Source of the DNA: the human T2T-CHM13v2.0 reference genome, Homo sapiens
DNA: 64,000 bases
Assembly: GCF_009914755.1 (NCBI RefSeq)
Contig: NC_060929.1
Reading direction: 5' to 3' (one strand)
In this document: positions 14,740 through 28,146 of the stretch, one piece after another
How the letters are laid out: the number at the start of each line of letters is the position of its first letter
Position numbering within the stretch: the first letter of the stretch is position 1
Made by a program: the position numbers and the translations under genes
The notes under the pieces: generated by a model
What the model saw: only the letters and a program-made list of their open reading frames with translations
The model's database searches: none
Told to the model about the DNA's origin: nothing

Positions 14740-15125
14740 CATGATGTATATACAGAGATTATTATTTTTAATACGTAAAGCTAAATTAAATAGCCATGAA
14801 ACATTCTATTACTACAGTGAATACCTACACACTTAGAATACAAATAAAGAATAAAACATTATTTGTGTTGTTGAAGCCACCTGGATTACTCTCTCTGGTT
14901 GCACATATGTTCTTTCTTTCAGAGTTAGTCACTGTCTTGAATTTGTTTGTTGAGTCTCATACACTTTCCTATACATTTATTATGTGGTAGTTTTACTAAA
15001 TAATCTATGTATTATTTGCTTCTTTTATTCTGTATGTAAGTCATGTCATATGGATATACAGTATTTTCAGGAATGTTGCTTTCTAAAATCTACATTATGT
15101 TTTAATAATATATCCTTTGCCTAAC
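14740..15125 (-). mobile_element. Old L1ME 3' fragment
   Basis: Degenerate antisense L1ME-like 3'UTR motifs (GTCACTGTCTTGAATTTGT). Confidence 0.5.
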
Positions 15126-15149
15126 AGACCTATAATAGCCTCACTTGAG

Positions 15150-15765
15150 CTGTTGATTTGTAAGGCAATACTGATTCACATTAAGATCTACCCCTCAGTC
15201 TCATGTCACTAGATTCACATTTCAGCCAGCCCCACAAAGGAAGTTAGGTATTGTGATTCATGAGTTGTAGCATACATGCCAGTAATTACAAAATAATAAA
15301 CAGAAATCTGGGAATAATCATGAGAAACAATCTTATAGGTGCCAATTTAGGGTGAAAGGGATGATGTAATGTTGGATCAGGTTGAAAATATTGACAGAAA
15401 AATACTAAATAAAAAATATATATATATGGGTTCAGTCTATTAACCTAGGAGCTGGCAGCAGCTCTAATAATTAGTTGGTTGACTGAAATCTAAACCCAAC
15501 CATAATCTCCATTAAAATTCAGGTATTAGAGCAAGCTTAGTGTACCACAGAAGGAAGTTTTAGGTTTAGGGATATGAAATGCTGAAGTAGATTTATTATG
15601 TTAAATCTACTCACTTATTACTAATTAAATCCCAGAGGGTACATAATATATTGCCTTTATTCAGGCTTTGGGAAATGCATTGGTAAGATAAGAACCAGTA
15701 TCTTTCTAAGTCTTTATGGTGGTCTGCAGGCCAACCTCACTGACAATGGATACGGATATATATCC
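15150..15765 (+). mobile_element. Degenerate ERVL-class internal (gag-region) fragment
   Basis: TTGGATCAGGTTGAAAATATTGA, GGTTGACTGAAA, TAGGGATATGAAATGCTGAAGTAGATT and CCCAGAGGGT resemble ERVL/HERV16 gag and the in-window copy near 33300-33690. Confidence 0.6.
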
Positions 15766-15894
15766 AGTTAATGGTGAAAGACTGAAGAGTTTTAACAACA
15801 TTCTACTCTACTAGAAGTACAAGATATTTGGTAAAGGGATTCAAATATTAACATCAAATAATGTGAGCATGCATTCTTCTCTAGTTAGATTTTT

Positions 15895-16166
15895 GTTTGC
15901 TTTAATTTTCTAATTTACAGAAATATATATTTATGGGTTGCATAGTGACATTTTGATACATATAATGTATAGTGATTAGATCAGGGTGAATAGCATATCC
16001 ATCATCTCAAACATTTATCATTTCTTTGTGTTGGAAATCTCCAATACCCTTCTTCTAGCCATTGGAAATTATGTATCATTGTTAACTATAGTCATCCTAC
16101 AGACTTATGGAACCAGAACTTATTCCCCCATCTAGCTATAATTTTGTATTCTTTAACAAATCTCTC
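15895..16166 (-). mobile_element. L1MA (about L1MA4/5) extreme 3' fragment
   Basis: GATCAGGGTGAATAGCATATCCATCATCTCAAACATTTATCATTTCTTTGTGTTGG. Confidence 0.8.
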
Positions 16167-16396
16167 GATGTATCTGATTTGGGGAGGTAATTTTCTTTTT
16201 ATCCATCTAAAAGCTGTAGCTTTTCAACCTTCGGTAGAAGTTTTTGCCATCAGTTTCCCACCTGCTTCCACTAAGGTAATGTTGTATTATTTGTTTTAAC
16301 CCTAACACTTGTTACTTCCATTCCTAGAGGACAGAATCCTTAGAGCAGAATTTTTTGGCATGAACTATTCTGCCTTTTTGTTTGTTTTCATTTTTA

Positions 16397-17118
16397 TTTT
16401 TATTTTTATTTTTTTATTTTTATTTTATTTTTTTATTATTATTATACTTTAAGTTTTAGGGTACATGTGCACATTGTGCAGGTTAGGTACATATGTATAC
16501 ATGTGCCATGCTGGTGCGCTGCACCCACTAACTCGTCATCTAGCATTAGGTATATCTCCCAATGCTATCCCTCCCCCCTCCCCCTACCCCACAACAGTCC
16601 CCAGAGTGTGATGTTCCCCTTCCTGTGTCCATGTGATCTCATTGTTCAATTCCCACCTATGAGTGAGAATATGCAGTGTTTGGTTTTTTGTTCTTGCGAT
16701 AGTTTACTGAGAATGATGATTTCCAATTTCATCCATGTCCCTACAAAGGACATGAACTCATCATTTTTTATGGCTGCATAGTATTCCATGGTGTATATGT
16801 GCCACATTTTCTTAATCCAGTCTATCATTGTTGGACATTTGGGTTGGTTCCAAGTCTTTGCTATTGTGAATAATGCCGCAATAAACATACATGTGCATGT
16901 GTCTTTATAGCAGCATGATTTATAGTCCTTTGGGTATATACCCAGTAATGGGATGGCTGGGTCAAATGGTATTTCTAGTTCTAGATCCCTGAGGAATCGC
17001 CACACTGACTTCCACAATGGTTGAACTAGTTTACAGTCCCACCAACAGTGTAAAAGTGTTCCTATTTCTCCACATCCTCTCCAGCACCTGTTGTTTCCTG
17101 ACTTTTTAATGATTGCCA
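16397..17118 (-). mobile_element. L1PA2, 5'-truncated (about 0.72 kb)
   Basis: ORF2 C-terminus (ORF 16646..17128, ..[19 protein letters not shown]..); GAG rather than Ta-type ACA in the 3'UTR, and GAGATCAC; perfect 15-bp TSD TTGTTTTCATTTTTA at 16382-16396 and 17119-17133. Confidence 0.93.
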
Positions 17119-17270
17119 TTGTTTTCATTTTTAATTTAATAGAATTTCAAGACTGTGGTGCATTTTTGCTTTTGTTTCCCCAAAATGGTTGTAGCAATTC
17201 ATGTTTCTACCAGTAACACAAAAGACAGTTCTTTACTGGATGATACATTTCTGACAACAGTCTGATTGGT

Positions 17271-17360
17271 TATACACACATACACACATACCCACACATT
17301 CACATACACACATAAATACTTAAATATATATATATGTGTGTGTGTTTGTGTGTGTGTGTC
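17271..17360. repeat. Compound (CA)n-(TA)n-(TG)n microsatellite
   Basis: Seen directly. Confidence 0.9.
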
Positions 17361-18839
17361 AATATCTACATTTTTGTTTTGCTCTCCATGACTTCGAATG
17401 AATTTTGCTGTTTATGTGTTTATGCTCCTTTTAGCATTTTGATATGCTTGAGAAGCAGACCATTACTTTTTGTTCTACTTGAGTGGTTTTAAGTGAATTA
17501 TAGAAACTTCTATATATTCCTCTTTATTTGATGCATTCATTTTTCTTTTATTCCCCTAATTGAACTATGTCTACTTATTATGATACCTTATTTCCATACA
17601 AAAACTTTATTTTTGTATTATCAAATATTTTGCTTTCTATTATATAACTCAAGTAATTAAAATCTTTACTATTAGAATATTCCTCTAATTTCAGTTTTAT
17701 ATGTATTCTGCTTGGATTTTGCCCAATGGTTATTTTCTTTTAGTTTGCAGAATTGTTTAATATGTTTGGAATTTTTAATTGTCAAATTTGATGACCTTTT
17801 CACTTACACTTCATTTATATTTGTAAAAATTACTGAACTTTCACATACACTTTATTTTAAGAGCTTTATGTTTTAAAGTATATGAAACGTTTGAGAGTGC
17901 CCACACAATACTTGTATAATGTTATTTCCTTGACAACAGCTGCTAAAATTTAATTATGTGTTGTAAAATTATGTACATTACCTATGTTTAGCTTGAAGAT
18001 TTTGACTTTAGAACTCTATAGTAAAGTTCTTGTTTCTCTTTTTAGTGACAATTATGCTTTGTCTCAAGCACACTGCTAAACCACTGCTGACTTCAGATCC
18101 AGGAAGCTAAGGACATTAGGTATTACTAGTAAAGACAACAGAATTAATCAGATCCACTCCCTAAACTTTGTCATTATTCATAACTTTTTCACTTTAGATA
18201 GGTGCTGAGAACAATTATTTTTAATATACAATCTAACTTTTAATTATATATGTGTTTAAAGATATCAAAACAAAGAAAATAAAAATCACTACTACGATGT
18301 CTCTTACATGTGTAGATGTAATCATTATCATCTTTACTCTTTTAGGGAGTGTTTTTAACTTGTATTATATACTTTAGCATGTAATATAATATGTCAATAT
18401 AAAGTATAATTTTACTATTTACGTATTATTGTAAATTTTTTTGCCGAAACACTTTATCCAGTAACTTTTTTTAGATATTTTTTATGTCTTAAATTATTCT
18501 CTGGGATAAAGATGTAAATTATTGTCCACATACTTAATTATTACCTTAAGAGTAATTCTTAGATCTGATTCCACAACCATTTTTGAGACTTTTGATATGC
18601 ATTGTTAAATTTCTTCTACAAATAACTGTATTATAGTGGTAACCTGTGGTGGAAATAATTGCATGTTTTTGTCTACTTTATTTGGAACACCAGATTGGAT
18701 ATGTTAATAATAGCTTTTAAAAAGCACATGCTACTGAAAGATTTTGAATAGTAAATTCACACAAAATCAGAGTGACTTATAATCCTTTTTGTTTCTTACT
18801 CCGTACAAATATGAATTTTTTAATATTTTTTAATTTAAC

Positions 18840-18897
18840 CATATTTGTATTGCTTGGCACAGAGTATATGTTCAATATATTTTGAATGAATGAATAG
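18840..18897 (+). mobile_element. L2 3' terminus
   Basis: CTTGGCACAGAGTA..TCAATATATTTTGAATGAATGAAT is a typical L2 tail. Confidence 0.65.
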
Positions 18898-21800
18898 TTA
18901 ACTTCCATGGTGCTAGATCTCAAAAATTTTGTCTAAAAAGTAGTGACACCTTCCTTTCAAAAGAGAAACTGTGTTTCCTATGTGAAAATTCAATCTTTTC
19001 ATAAGTTTAAATAATATATTTGAAAGACCCTCAATTTTTACACAGTTTCACAGTTGTACATGGGAAATGTAAGATGAGATAGACGTTTTGTCATACAGAA
19101 ATAGCTCCTGATAATCCTTTTGACCTACCTGATGCTTTCTCCTGCCTTCTGGATCAGCTCACTAAGTTTTTCAAGCCAGCAGCCTGGTGTATCTCTCTGA
19201 TATGAGACGTTTTGAAGAAATGCCTCTATTAGCCACTGCAGGTGAAGCCTGCTCTCAGCTCTCATCGGTCTCTGACAGTGGGGCTCAAGATATAGTACAA
19301 TACTCCACTCATTCATTCAAGCCACACTGGCTTACAAAACATACAGCAGGTCACTCTTTCCCAAGTCACACATGGTGAAAGTTGTCTTATATCAAAAACT
19401 GCTAGTCTTACTTTTCAGTACCTCCAGTTCACAGATGGGCACACACTTTGTAGAAAATCATTTTTTTTTCTTAATACGTAGCCATCAGTTCTGTGAGCTA
19501 TACCTGGCCATTCTGTGACCAAATAATCACTCTTCAGTGTTTATCTAACTGTAGTAAGGTACTTAATGATTCAATCCTCGCTCACCTTTATGGCAAATTA
19601 TTTCTTAGTCACTACATTGCCCCTTTGCTTTCATTCACCTTGATCACTGTGACCCAATTCATTCAAAGAATTTCTTGTTCAACAAAATTTAATTACAAAG
19701 AGATATAGCTGTGAAGCCCTTGCCATTCTAGGCAAATTTGGACTATTGCATTCCTGAAATAGCCAAGTTATATGGTGAGGAGTAACATGGAGGCATACAT
19801 TTATGGATTTTTTTTTCTGTGTTATCAGCGTGGCCCGATATACATGCTCTTATTAAAATGAGTACATTCTTGTCTTGCAAAAGAGAATATTCACATGGCT
19901 ATTTCCAGGCCAAAGGGAGACTTTCCCAAGATAAATTGATGCTGTCATTTATGGATAGAAAAGAAAAAAAAAATAATGACTTTTAAATGATAAAATGCAG
20001 TATTAAAGTTTCTTCTCAATAAGATATGTTTTTTCTTTTAAAAAATGAATTAATAAACAGAATTGTATTTTTCAAAAACAAAACAAAATGAAAAATAATA
20101 ATAATAACAAAACTCGTATTGCTATTTGGCAAGGGAATTTGTGTGTTTATTTGGTTAGAAAAAAATTAATGATCTGAATGAGAGAAGTTCAGATAAACAT
20201 AATAACTAGATTTTGAGACTATTTATTGCTATAGGTAACCAAGTACTTAGTAGAACCTTTTGTGGACCTGTGGCCATGTTTTCTTTATTCCTATTCTTTG
20301 CCCTTAATGGGGGATGAAAACATTTCATAGCCACCCTGCAAATAAGGAACTCATCTATTAATGTCAATGGAAAGTTTGTGTCTAGAAGTTATATAGCTTA
20401 CATCGACACATATCATGGAACAAGGCACTATTTGTTATCGAACTTTCCATGCTGACAGAGTATACACATCAAAAACAAATTTTGTGAAAGGTCATTTTCT
20501 GAGAAAAGTAAAGTATTAAAATGCTTAAGTAAATAAAGTAGGCCTGTTTACAGATCTATTTGTATCTTACAGTGAACTTTGGGATAACACCTTGGTTATT
20601 GTAACACTTTTACACCCCATTACATGGAATATTTTTCTTGATTACATTGAAGTCCAAAAAATGGATGGATAAACTACATTTATAACTTCTGCAGCTGGAT
20701 GACCTGGTAAACAAGACCAGAAATATAATATTCCTTATATTTCTGAAAAAAAAAATTTGTTCTTTGGATACCACGTAAGGATGGTAAATTGAAACTAGTA
20801 CACTGCTTAAATTTGAAGACGTATTCCTGGTATATTAAATTTTATTCAGATAGATATTGGAACTCAGTAAAGTACTCAATAAAAATCATGTTAATTTGGG
20901 ATTTGAGGAGCAATACTTATTTTCTCCTTAGAAAATAACATTTTATTCACACCCTTCAAATATGCACACCTGTTTTTAATTGAATAAATCATTAAGAGAA
21001 TAAATAAAATAAAATATATGTTGAGTTTTGTGTAATGGTGAAAATTTGTAAAATATTTAAATGGTATTTTTCATGGAAAAATTAAAAATTAATAATTTCA
21101 AATTAGCATGTGAATGCAACAAATGCTTTTAGGGCTTTATTAATTGGCTCCCTTCTTTTATTTGCTTGACCTATTATTACAATTTCCATAAAATGTATAA
21201 AGTATTTAACAGCAATTTGCTCTAGTGTAATTGACTAAATGTCATGAGTTAAACATGGGAAGCAAAAATCAAGTACTAAAAAAAGAAAAGAATTAACAAA
21301 TACACTTTTCTGTGAAAATGTATAAGGTTTAATTATTCATTTTTGATGGATTGGCTACAATATATCTGTCATTTTTGAAGGCTAGAATACCAGTGATAAT
21401 AAGATTCACATTTAAACATTTTTAGTTTTGGTTACAGTGGCAAGATGACCAACTACACACAGCCAGGATGAACATCAGCCACCAAGGGACCAGGACATTG
21501 GGATGACAGGCACACTTATACCAGATCTTCAGAGGGAAGGCATTCAGAACAGATGGAGAGAAGGCACAGATGCTGAACTGAAGGGGGAGACCCCCCATGA
21601 CCACCAAGGACACTTGAATTTGAAAGGAATGATGCTTAAAGAACTGGTAAGGGCAGAATTCCAGCCAGTGCAGAGCCCAGAGGGTTTGATATGGGAGTGT
21701 TTGTAGTGGAACACAGCCAGGGACTCCCATCACCATAGGCACAACTTGCTCCCATAGGAAACTAGCGGAAACTGTTGGACCTGAACTCTTCAGAGTGGGC

Positions 21801-23825
21801 TTGCCCATGAGACGAGGCCAGTCCAAACTGAGCACTTCTCAGTCTGCTCTATCCACAAGGTCATCAAAAGGATAAAAGAGAATTTTTAAAAACCCATCCA
21901 AAGGACAGCAACTTCAAAGATTGAAGAAACATCAGCCCACAAAGATAAGAAAGAACCAGTGCAAAAACTCTGACAACTCAAAAAGTGAGAGTGCCTTATT
22001 TCTTTCATAAATCCATACTAGCTGTCCATCAAGGGTTCTTAACAAGATGGCTGAATAGACAGGAATAGAATATAGAATATAGATATAAGCAAAGAGAATT
22101 GAGATTCAGGAGAACATTGAAACCCAATCCAAGGAAGGTATGAATCACAATAAAATGAGGAGCCTTCCAAGAGCTCCTGAAAGAAACACTAACTGTGGAA
22201 AGGAAAGCCCATTACCAGCCACTACGAAATCACACTTAAGTCCAAAGATCAGTGACACTATAAAGCAACCACACAAAAGTCTGCATAATAACCAGCTAAC
22301 AACGAAATAATGGAATAAAATCCAAACATATTAATACTAACCTTGAATGTAAATGGTCTAAATGCCCCACTTGAAAGGCACAGAGTGGCAACCTGGACAA
22401 AAAGCAAGGGCCAACGGTATGTTGTTTTCAAGAGACCCATCTCACAGGCAATAACACTCATTGGCTCAAAATAAAGGGATGGAGGAAAATCTGCCAAACA
22501 AATGGAAAACAGAAAAAAAGCAGGGGTCGGAATCTTAATTTTGGACAAAAGGGACTTTAACAAAGATCAAAAAAGACAAAGAATGACATTAGATAACGGT
22601 ATAAGGTTAAATTCAACAAGAAGACCTAACTACATATATATGTATCCAACACAGGAACACTAGACTCATAACGCAAGTTCTTAGACACTTTCAGGGAGAC
22701 TTAGACTCCCACACAATAATAGTGGGAGACTTCGACACCCCACTTGACGATATTAAGGATCTGAACTCAACACTGTTCCAAAGGGACTTGATAGCCATCC
22801 ACAGAGCTCTTCAACCAAAGCAACAGAATATGCATTCTTCTTATCACCACATAGCAGATACCCTAAAGTTGTCCACACAATGGGACATAAAACAATCCTC
22901 AGCAAATGCAAAAGAACCAAAAATATAACAAACACTCTTTTGGACCACAGCACAATAAAAATAGAAAACAAGATCAAGAAAAGTACTCAAAACTATAGAA
23001 TTACATGAAAATCAACCAACCAGCTTTTTAATGACTTTTGGACAATGAAAATAAGGCAGAAGCCAAGAAGTTCTTTGAAACTAATCTGAACACAGATGCA
23101 ACATGCCAGAATTTCTGGGACACAACTAAGGCAGTATTAAGAAAGAAATTTATACCACTAACTACCCACAACAAAAAGTTAGAAAGAATTCAAATTGACA
23201 ACATAACATCACAAGTAAAACAATGCGAGAAGCAAGAGCAAACTAACTCCAAACCTAGCAGAAGGCAAGAAATAACAAAAATCAAAGCTAAGCTGAAGGA
23301 GATTGAGGTAAGGAAAACATTTAAAAGATCAGCAAATCTAGGAGTTGTTTTTTTGAAAAAAATTTAGTAAGACAAACTACTAGCTAGACTAATACAGAAG
23401 AAAAAAGATCCAAATAAACACAAATAGAAATGACAAAGGGAATGTTGCCATAGTCCCTACAGAAATACAAAAGAAATCAGAGACTGTCTACTAAGAACAT
23501 GTCTATGAACAGAAACTAGAAAATATAGAATAAAGGATAAGTTCCTAGACACATACACCCTCCCAAGACTAAACCAGGAAGAATTTGAATCCCTGAAAAG
23601 ACCAATAATAAGCTCTGAAATAGAATCAGTAATAAATAGCCTACCAACAACAACAGCAACAACAAAGCCCTGGACCAGATGGACTCACAGCTGAATTCTA
23701 CCAGATGTCCAAAGAAGAGCTGGTACCATTCCTACTGAAACTACTCCAAATAATGTAGGAGGAGGGACTCCTCCACAACTCATTCAATTAGTCCAGATTC
23801 ATCCTGATATCAAAAGCTTGCAGAT

Positions 23826-23861
23826 ACACACACACACACACACACACACACCTCCACACAC
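23826..23861 (+). repeat. (CA)n microsatellite within L1 ORF2
   Basis: Seen directly. Confidence 0.95.
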
Positions 23862-25178
23862 TTCAGACCAATATTCTTGATGTACATTGATGCAAAAATC
23901 CTCAACAAAATACTAGCTAACTGAATTTAGCAGCAAATCAAAAACTAATCCACCATGATCAAGTAGGCTTTATCCTGGATACAAGGTTGGTTCAACATAT
24001 GCAAATCAATAAATATGATTAGTCAAATAAACATAACTAAATTAAAAAAACCCATATGATTATCTCAATTGATGCATAAAAGGCTTATGATAAAATTTGA
24101 TATCCCTTCATATTAAAAACTCTCAATAAACTATGTATTGAAGGAACATACCTCAAAATAATAAGCACCAACTATGGCAAACCCAAAGCCAGCATCTAAC
24201 TAAATTGCCAAAAGCTGGAAACATTCCCATTGAAAACTGGCACAAGATAAAGATACCCTTTCTCACCCCTCCTATTCAACATAGTATTGAAAGTTCTGGC
24301 CAGAGCAATCAGGCCAGGAAAAGAAATAAAGGGCATGCCAACAGGAAGAAAGGAAGCCAAAATATTTATATTTGTAGACAATATGATTCTATATCTAGAA
24401 AACCTCATATTCTCAGCTTAAAATGCCTTAAACTGATACACAACTTCAGGAAAGTGTCAGGATACAAAATCATTGTACAAGAATCACAAGCATTTCTATA
24501 CACCAACAACAATGAAGCCAAGAACCAAGCAGGAATGCAATCCCATTCAGATCTGCCACACACAAGAAATAAAATACCTAGGAATAGAGCTACCAGGGAG
24601 GTAAAAAATCTCTAGAAAGAGAATTACAAAACACTGTTCAAAAGAATCAGAGTTGACATAAACAAATGGAAAAACGTATTATTTTCATCAATAGGAAGAA
24701 TCAATATCATTAAAATTGCCATACTCCCCAAAGTAATATATAGATTCAATGTTATGCCTATCAAATTACTAATGATATTCTTCAGAGAACCAGAAAAAAA
24801 AATTTTGAAATTTATATGGAAGAAAAAAGTAGCCTGCATAGCCAAGGCAGTTCTAAGGAAAAGAACAAAGCTGGAAGCAGCACTTTACACAACTTCAAAT
24901 TATACTATGGGGCTACAGTAACCAAAATAGCATGGTATTGGTACAAAAATAGACACATAGGCCAATGGAACAGATTAGAGAGCCCAGAAACAAGGCATCA
25001 CAGCTACAATCATCTGATCTTCTACAAAGCTGACAAAAACAAGCAATGGGGAAAGGACTCCTTATTCAATAAATGGTGCTGAGATAACTGGCTAACGATA
25101 TGCACAAGATTTAAACTGAACCCCTTTCTTACACCATATGCGAAAATCAACATAGGATGGATTAAGGACTTAAATATA

Positions 25179-25494
<316 letters not shown>

Positions 25495-25855
25495 TCAGAG
25501 CTATAAAAACCATGGAAAATGACCTGGGCAATACCATCAGGACATAGGCACAGGCAAGATTTCATGATGAAGATGCCAATAACAATTGCAACAAAAGCAA
25601 AAATTGACCTATGGGTTCAAATTAAACTAAAGAGCTTCTACACAGTAAAAGAAACTATCATCAGAGAGAACAGGCAAGCTACAAAATTGGAGAAAATATT
25701 TGCAAATTATGTATCTGGCAAAAGTATAATATCCAACACCTATAAGGAACTTGAATTTACAAGAAAAAAAGATCCTATTAAATAAGCAAAGAACGTGAAC
25801 AGACACTTTTTGAAAGAAGCATACATGTGGCCAACAAGCATATAAAAAAAAGCTT

Positions 25856-26140
25856 GGCTGAGTGCAGTGGCTCATGCCTGTAATCCCAGCACTTTGGAAG
25901 GTGGGTGGATCATCTGATATCAAGAATTCGAGACCAGCCTGGGCAACATGGTGAAACCCCATCTCTAATAATTTTTTTTTAATGAGCTGTGTTTGATGGT
26001 GCAAACCTGTAATCTCAGCTACTCAGGAGGCTGAGGCAGGAGAATGACTTGAACCTGTGAGCGGGTGGTTGCAGTGAGCCAAGATCTCACCATTGCACTC
26101 CACCCTGGGCAACAAGAGGCGAAACTCCCTCTAAAAAAAA
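25856..26140 (+). mobile_element. AluS (Sq-like) inside L1, with no TSD
   Basis: Full Alu body with GGCAACAAGAG..GAAACTCC; short A tail. Confidence 0.9.
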
Positions 26141-26594
26141 CAGATTCTGGCAACATTGTGGAGGGAAGAGAATGCTTACACATTGTTTGTGGGAGTGAAA
26201 TTAGTTCAGCCATTGTGAAAATTAATGTAGTTATTCCTCAAAGAGCTCAAAGCAGAACTACTATTAAACTCAGAAATCCCATGACTGGGTAAATACCCAG
26301 AGGAATAGAAATTGTTCTGTCATAAAGACACATGCATTCCTATGTTCACTGTAGCACTATTCATAGTAGCAAAAACATGGAATCAACCTAAATGTCCATT
26401 AATGGTAGACTATATAAAGAATATGTGGTATATATACACCATGGGATACTATGCAGCCATAAAAAAATGAGATCATGACTTTTGCAGAAACATGAATGGA
26501 GCTGGAGGCCATTATCCTCAGCAAACTAATGCAGAAATAGAAAACCAAATACCACGTGTTCTTACTCATAAGTGGGAGCTAAATCATGAGAACA

Positions 26595-26957
26595 TATATT
26601 AGTCTATTTTCATACTACTGATAAAGACAGACCTGAGACTGGGCAATTTAGAAAAGAAAGAGGTTTAATGGAGTTACAGTTTCACATGGAGGCCTTGCAA
26701 TCATGGTGGAAGGCAAGGAGGAGCAAGTCATGTATTACATGGAGGGCAGTAGGCAAAAAGAGAGCTTGTGTGGGGAAACTCTCATTTTTAAAACTGTCAG
26801 ATCTTGTGAGACTCATTCACCATCACGAGAATAGCACAGAAAAGACCCACCTCCATAATTCAATCACCTTCCACCGGGTTCCTCCCACAACACATGGGAA
26901 TTGTGGGAGGTACAATTCAAGAGAAGATTTGCATGGGTCCACAGCCAAACCATATAA
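26595..26957 (-). mobile_element. THE1B MaLR LTR (3' LTR)
   Basis: Antisense THE1B: TATTAGTC..GATAAAGACA..GGAAGGCAAGGAGGAGCAAGTCA..ACAGCCAAACCATAT. Confidence 0.9.
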
Positions 26958-28146
26958 TTTCAGTCCTGGCCCTTCCAAAATCTCATGTCCTCACATTTCA
27001 AAACTAATCATGCTTTCCCAACAGTTCCTCAAAATTTTAACTAATTTTAGCATTAACTCAAAAGTCCATAGTCCAACGTCTCATCTGAGACAAGGCAAGT
27101 CTCTTCCATCTATGAGCCTGTAAAATCAAAAGCAGGTTAGTTACTTCCTAGACACAATGTGGGTGCAGGCATTGGGTAAATACAGTCATTCCAAATGGGA
27201 GAAATTGGCCAAAGCAAAGGGGCTACAGGCCCCATTCAAGTCCAAAATCCAGCAGAGCAGTCAAATCTTAAAGCTGCAAAATGATCTCCTTTGACTCCAT
27301 TTCTCACATCCAAGTCATGCTGATGCAAGAGGTGGGTTCCCATGGTCTTGGGTAGTTCCAGCCCTGTGGCTCTTCAGGGTACAGCCTCTCTCCCAGCTGC
27401 TTTCATGGGCTGGCTTTGAGTGTCTGTGGCTTTTCCAGGTGAATGGTGCAAGCTGTCAGTGCATCTACCAGTCTGGTCTGGAGGATGGTTGCCCTCTTCT
27501 CACAGCTCCACTAGGCAGTGCCCCAGTAGGGACTCTGTGTGGGGGCTTTGACCCCACATTTCTCTTCTGCACTGCCCTAGCAGACGTTCTCCATTAGGGC
27601 CCTGCCCCTGTAGCAAACTTCTGCCTGGGCATCCAGGCATTTCTATAAATCTGAAACCTAAGTGGAGGTTCCCAAACCCTGATTCCTGGCTTCTGTGCAC
27701 TCACAGGCTCAATACCACACGGAAGCTGCCAAGGCTTTGAGTTTGCACCCTCTGAAGCCATGGCCTGAACTCTACATTGGCCACTTTCAGCCACAGCAGG
27801 AGTGGCTGGAACTCAGGGCACCAAGTCTCTAGGCTGCACACAGCACAGGGACCCTTGGCCCAGGCAACAAAACCATTTTTTTTTCCTCCTAGGCCTCTGG
27901 GCCTGTGATGAGAGGGGCTGCTGTGAAAACCTCTGACGTGCCCTGGAGACATTTTCCGCATTGTCTTAGGAATTAACATTTGACTTCTCATTATTTATGC
28001 ACATTTCTGCAGCTGGCTTGAATTTCTCCTCAGAAAATGGAATATTATTTTCTATAAAATTGGCAGGCTGCAAATTTTCCAAACTTTTGTGCTCTGCTTC
28101 TCTTATGAGACTGAATGCCTTTAACAGCAGCCAAGTCACCTCTTGA
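26958..28146 (-). mobile_element. THE1B internal region, truncated with the 5' LTR missing
   Basis: CCTGGCCC..AAATCTCATGTCCTCACATTTC through CAAGTCACCTCTTGA; ORFs 27500, 27594, 27701 and 27966 are typical MaLR-internal translations. Confidence 0.9.

Noticed and set aside
19125-19708. Short ORFs in apparently unique sequence
   Set aside because: They are 63-71 aa with no recognisable domain and no convincing splice context.
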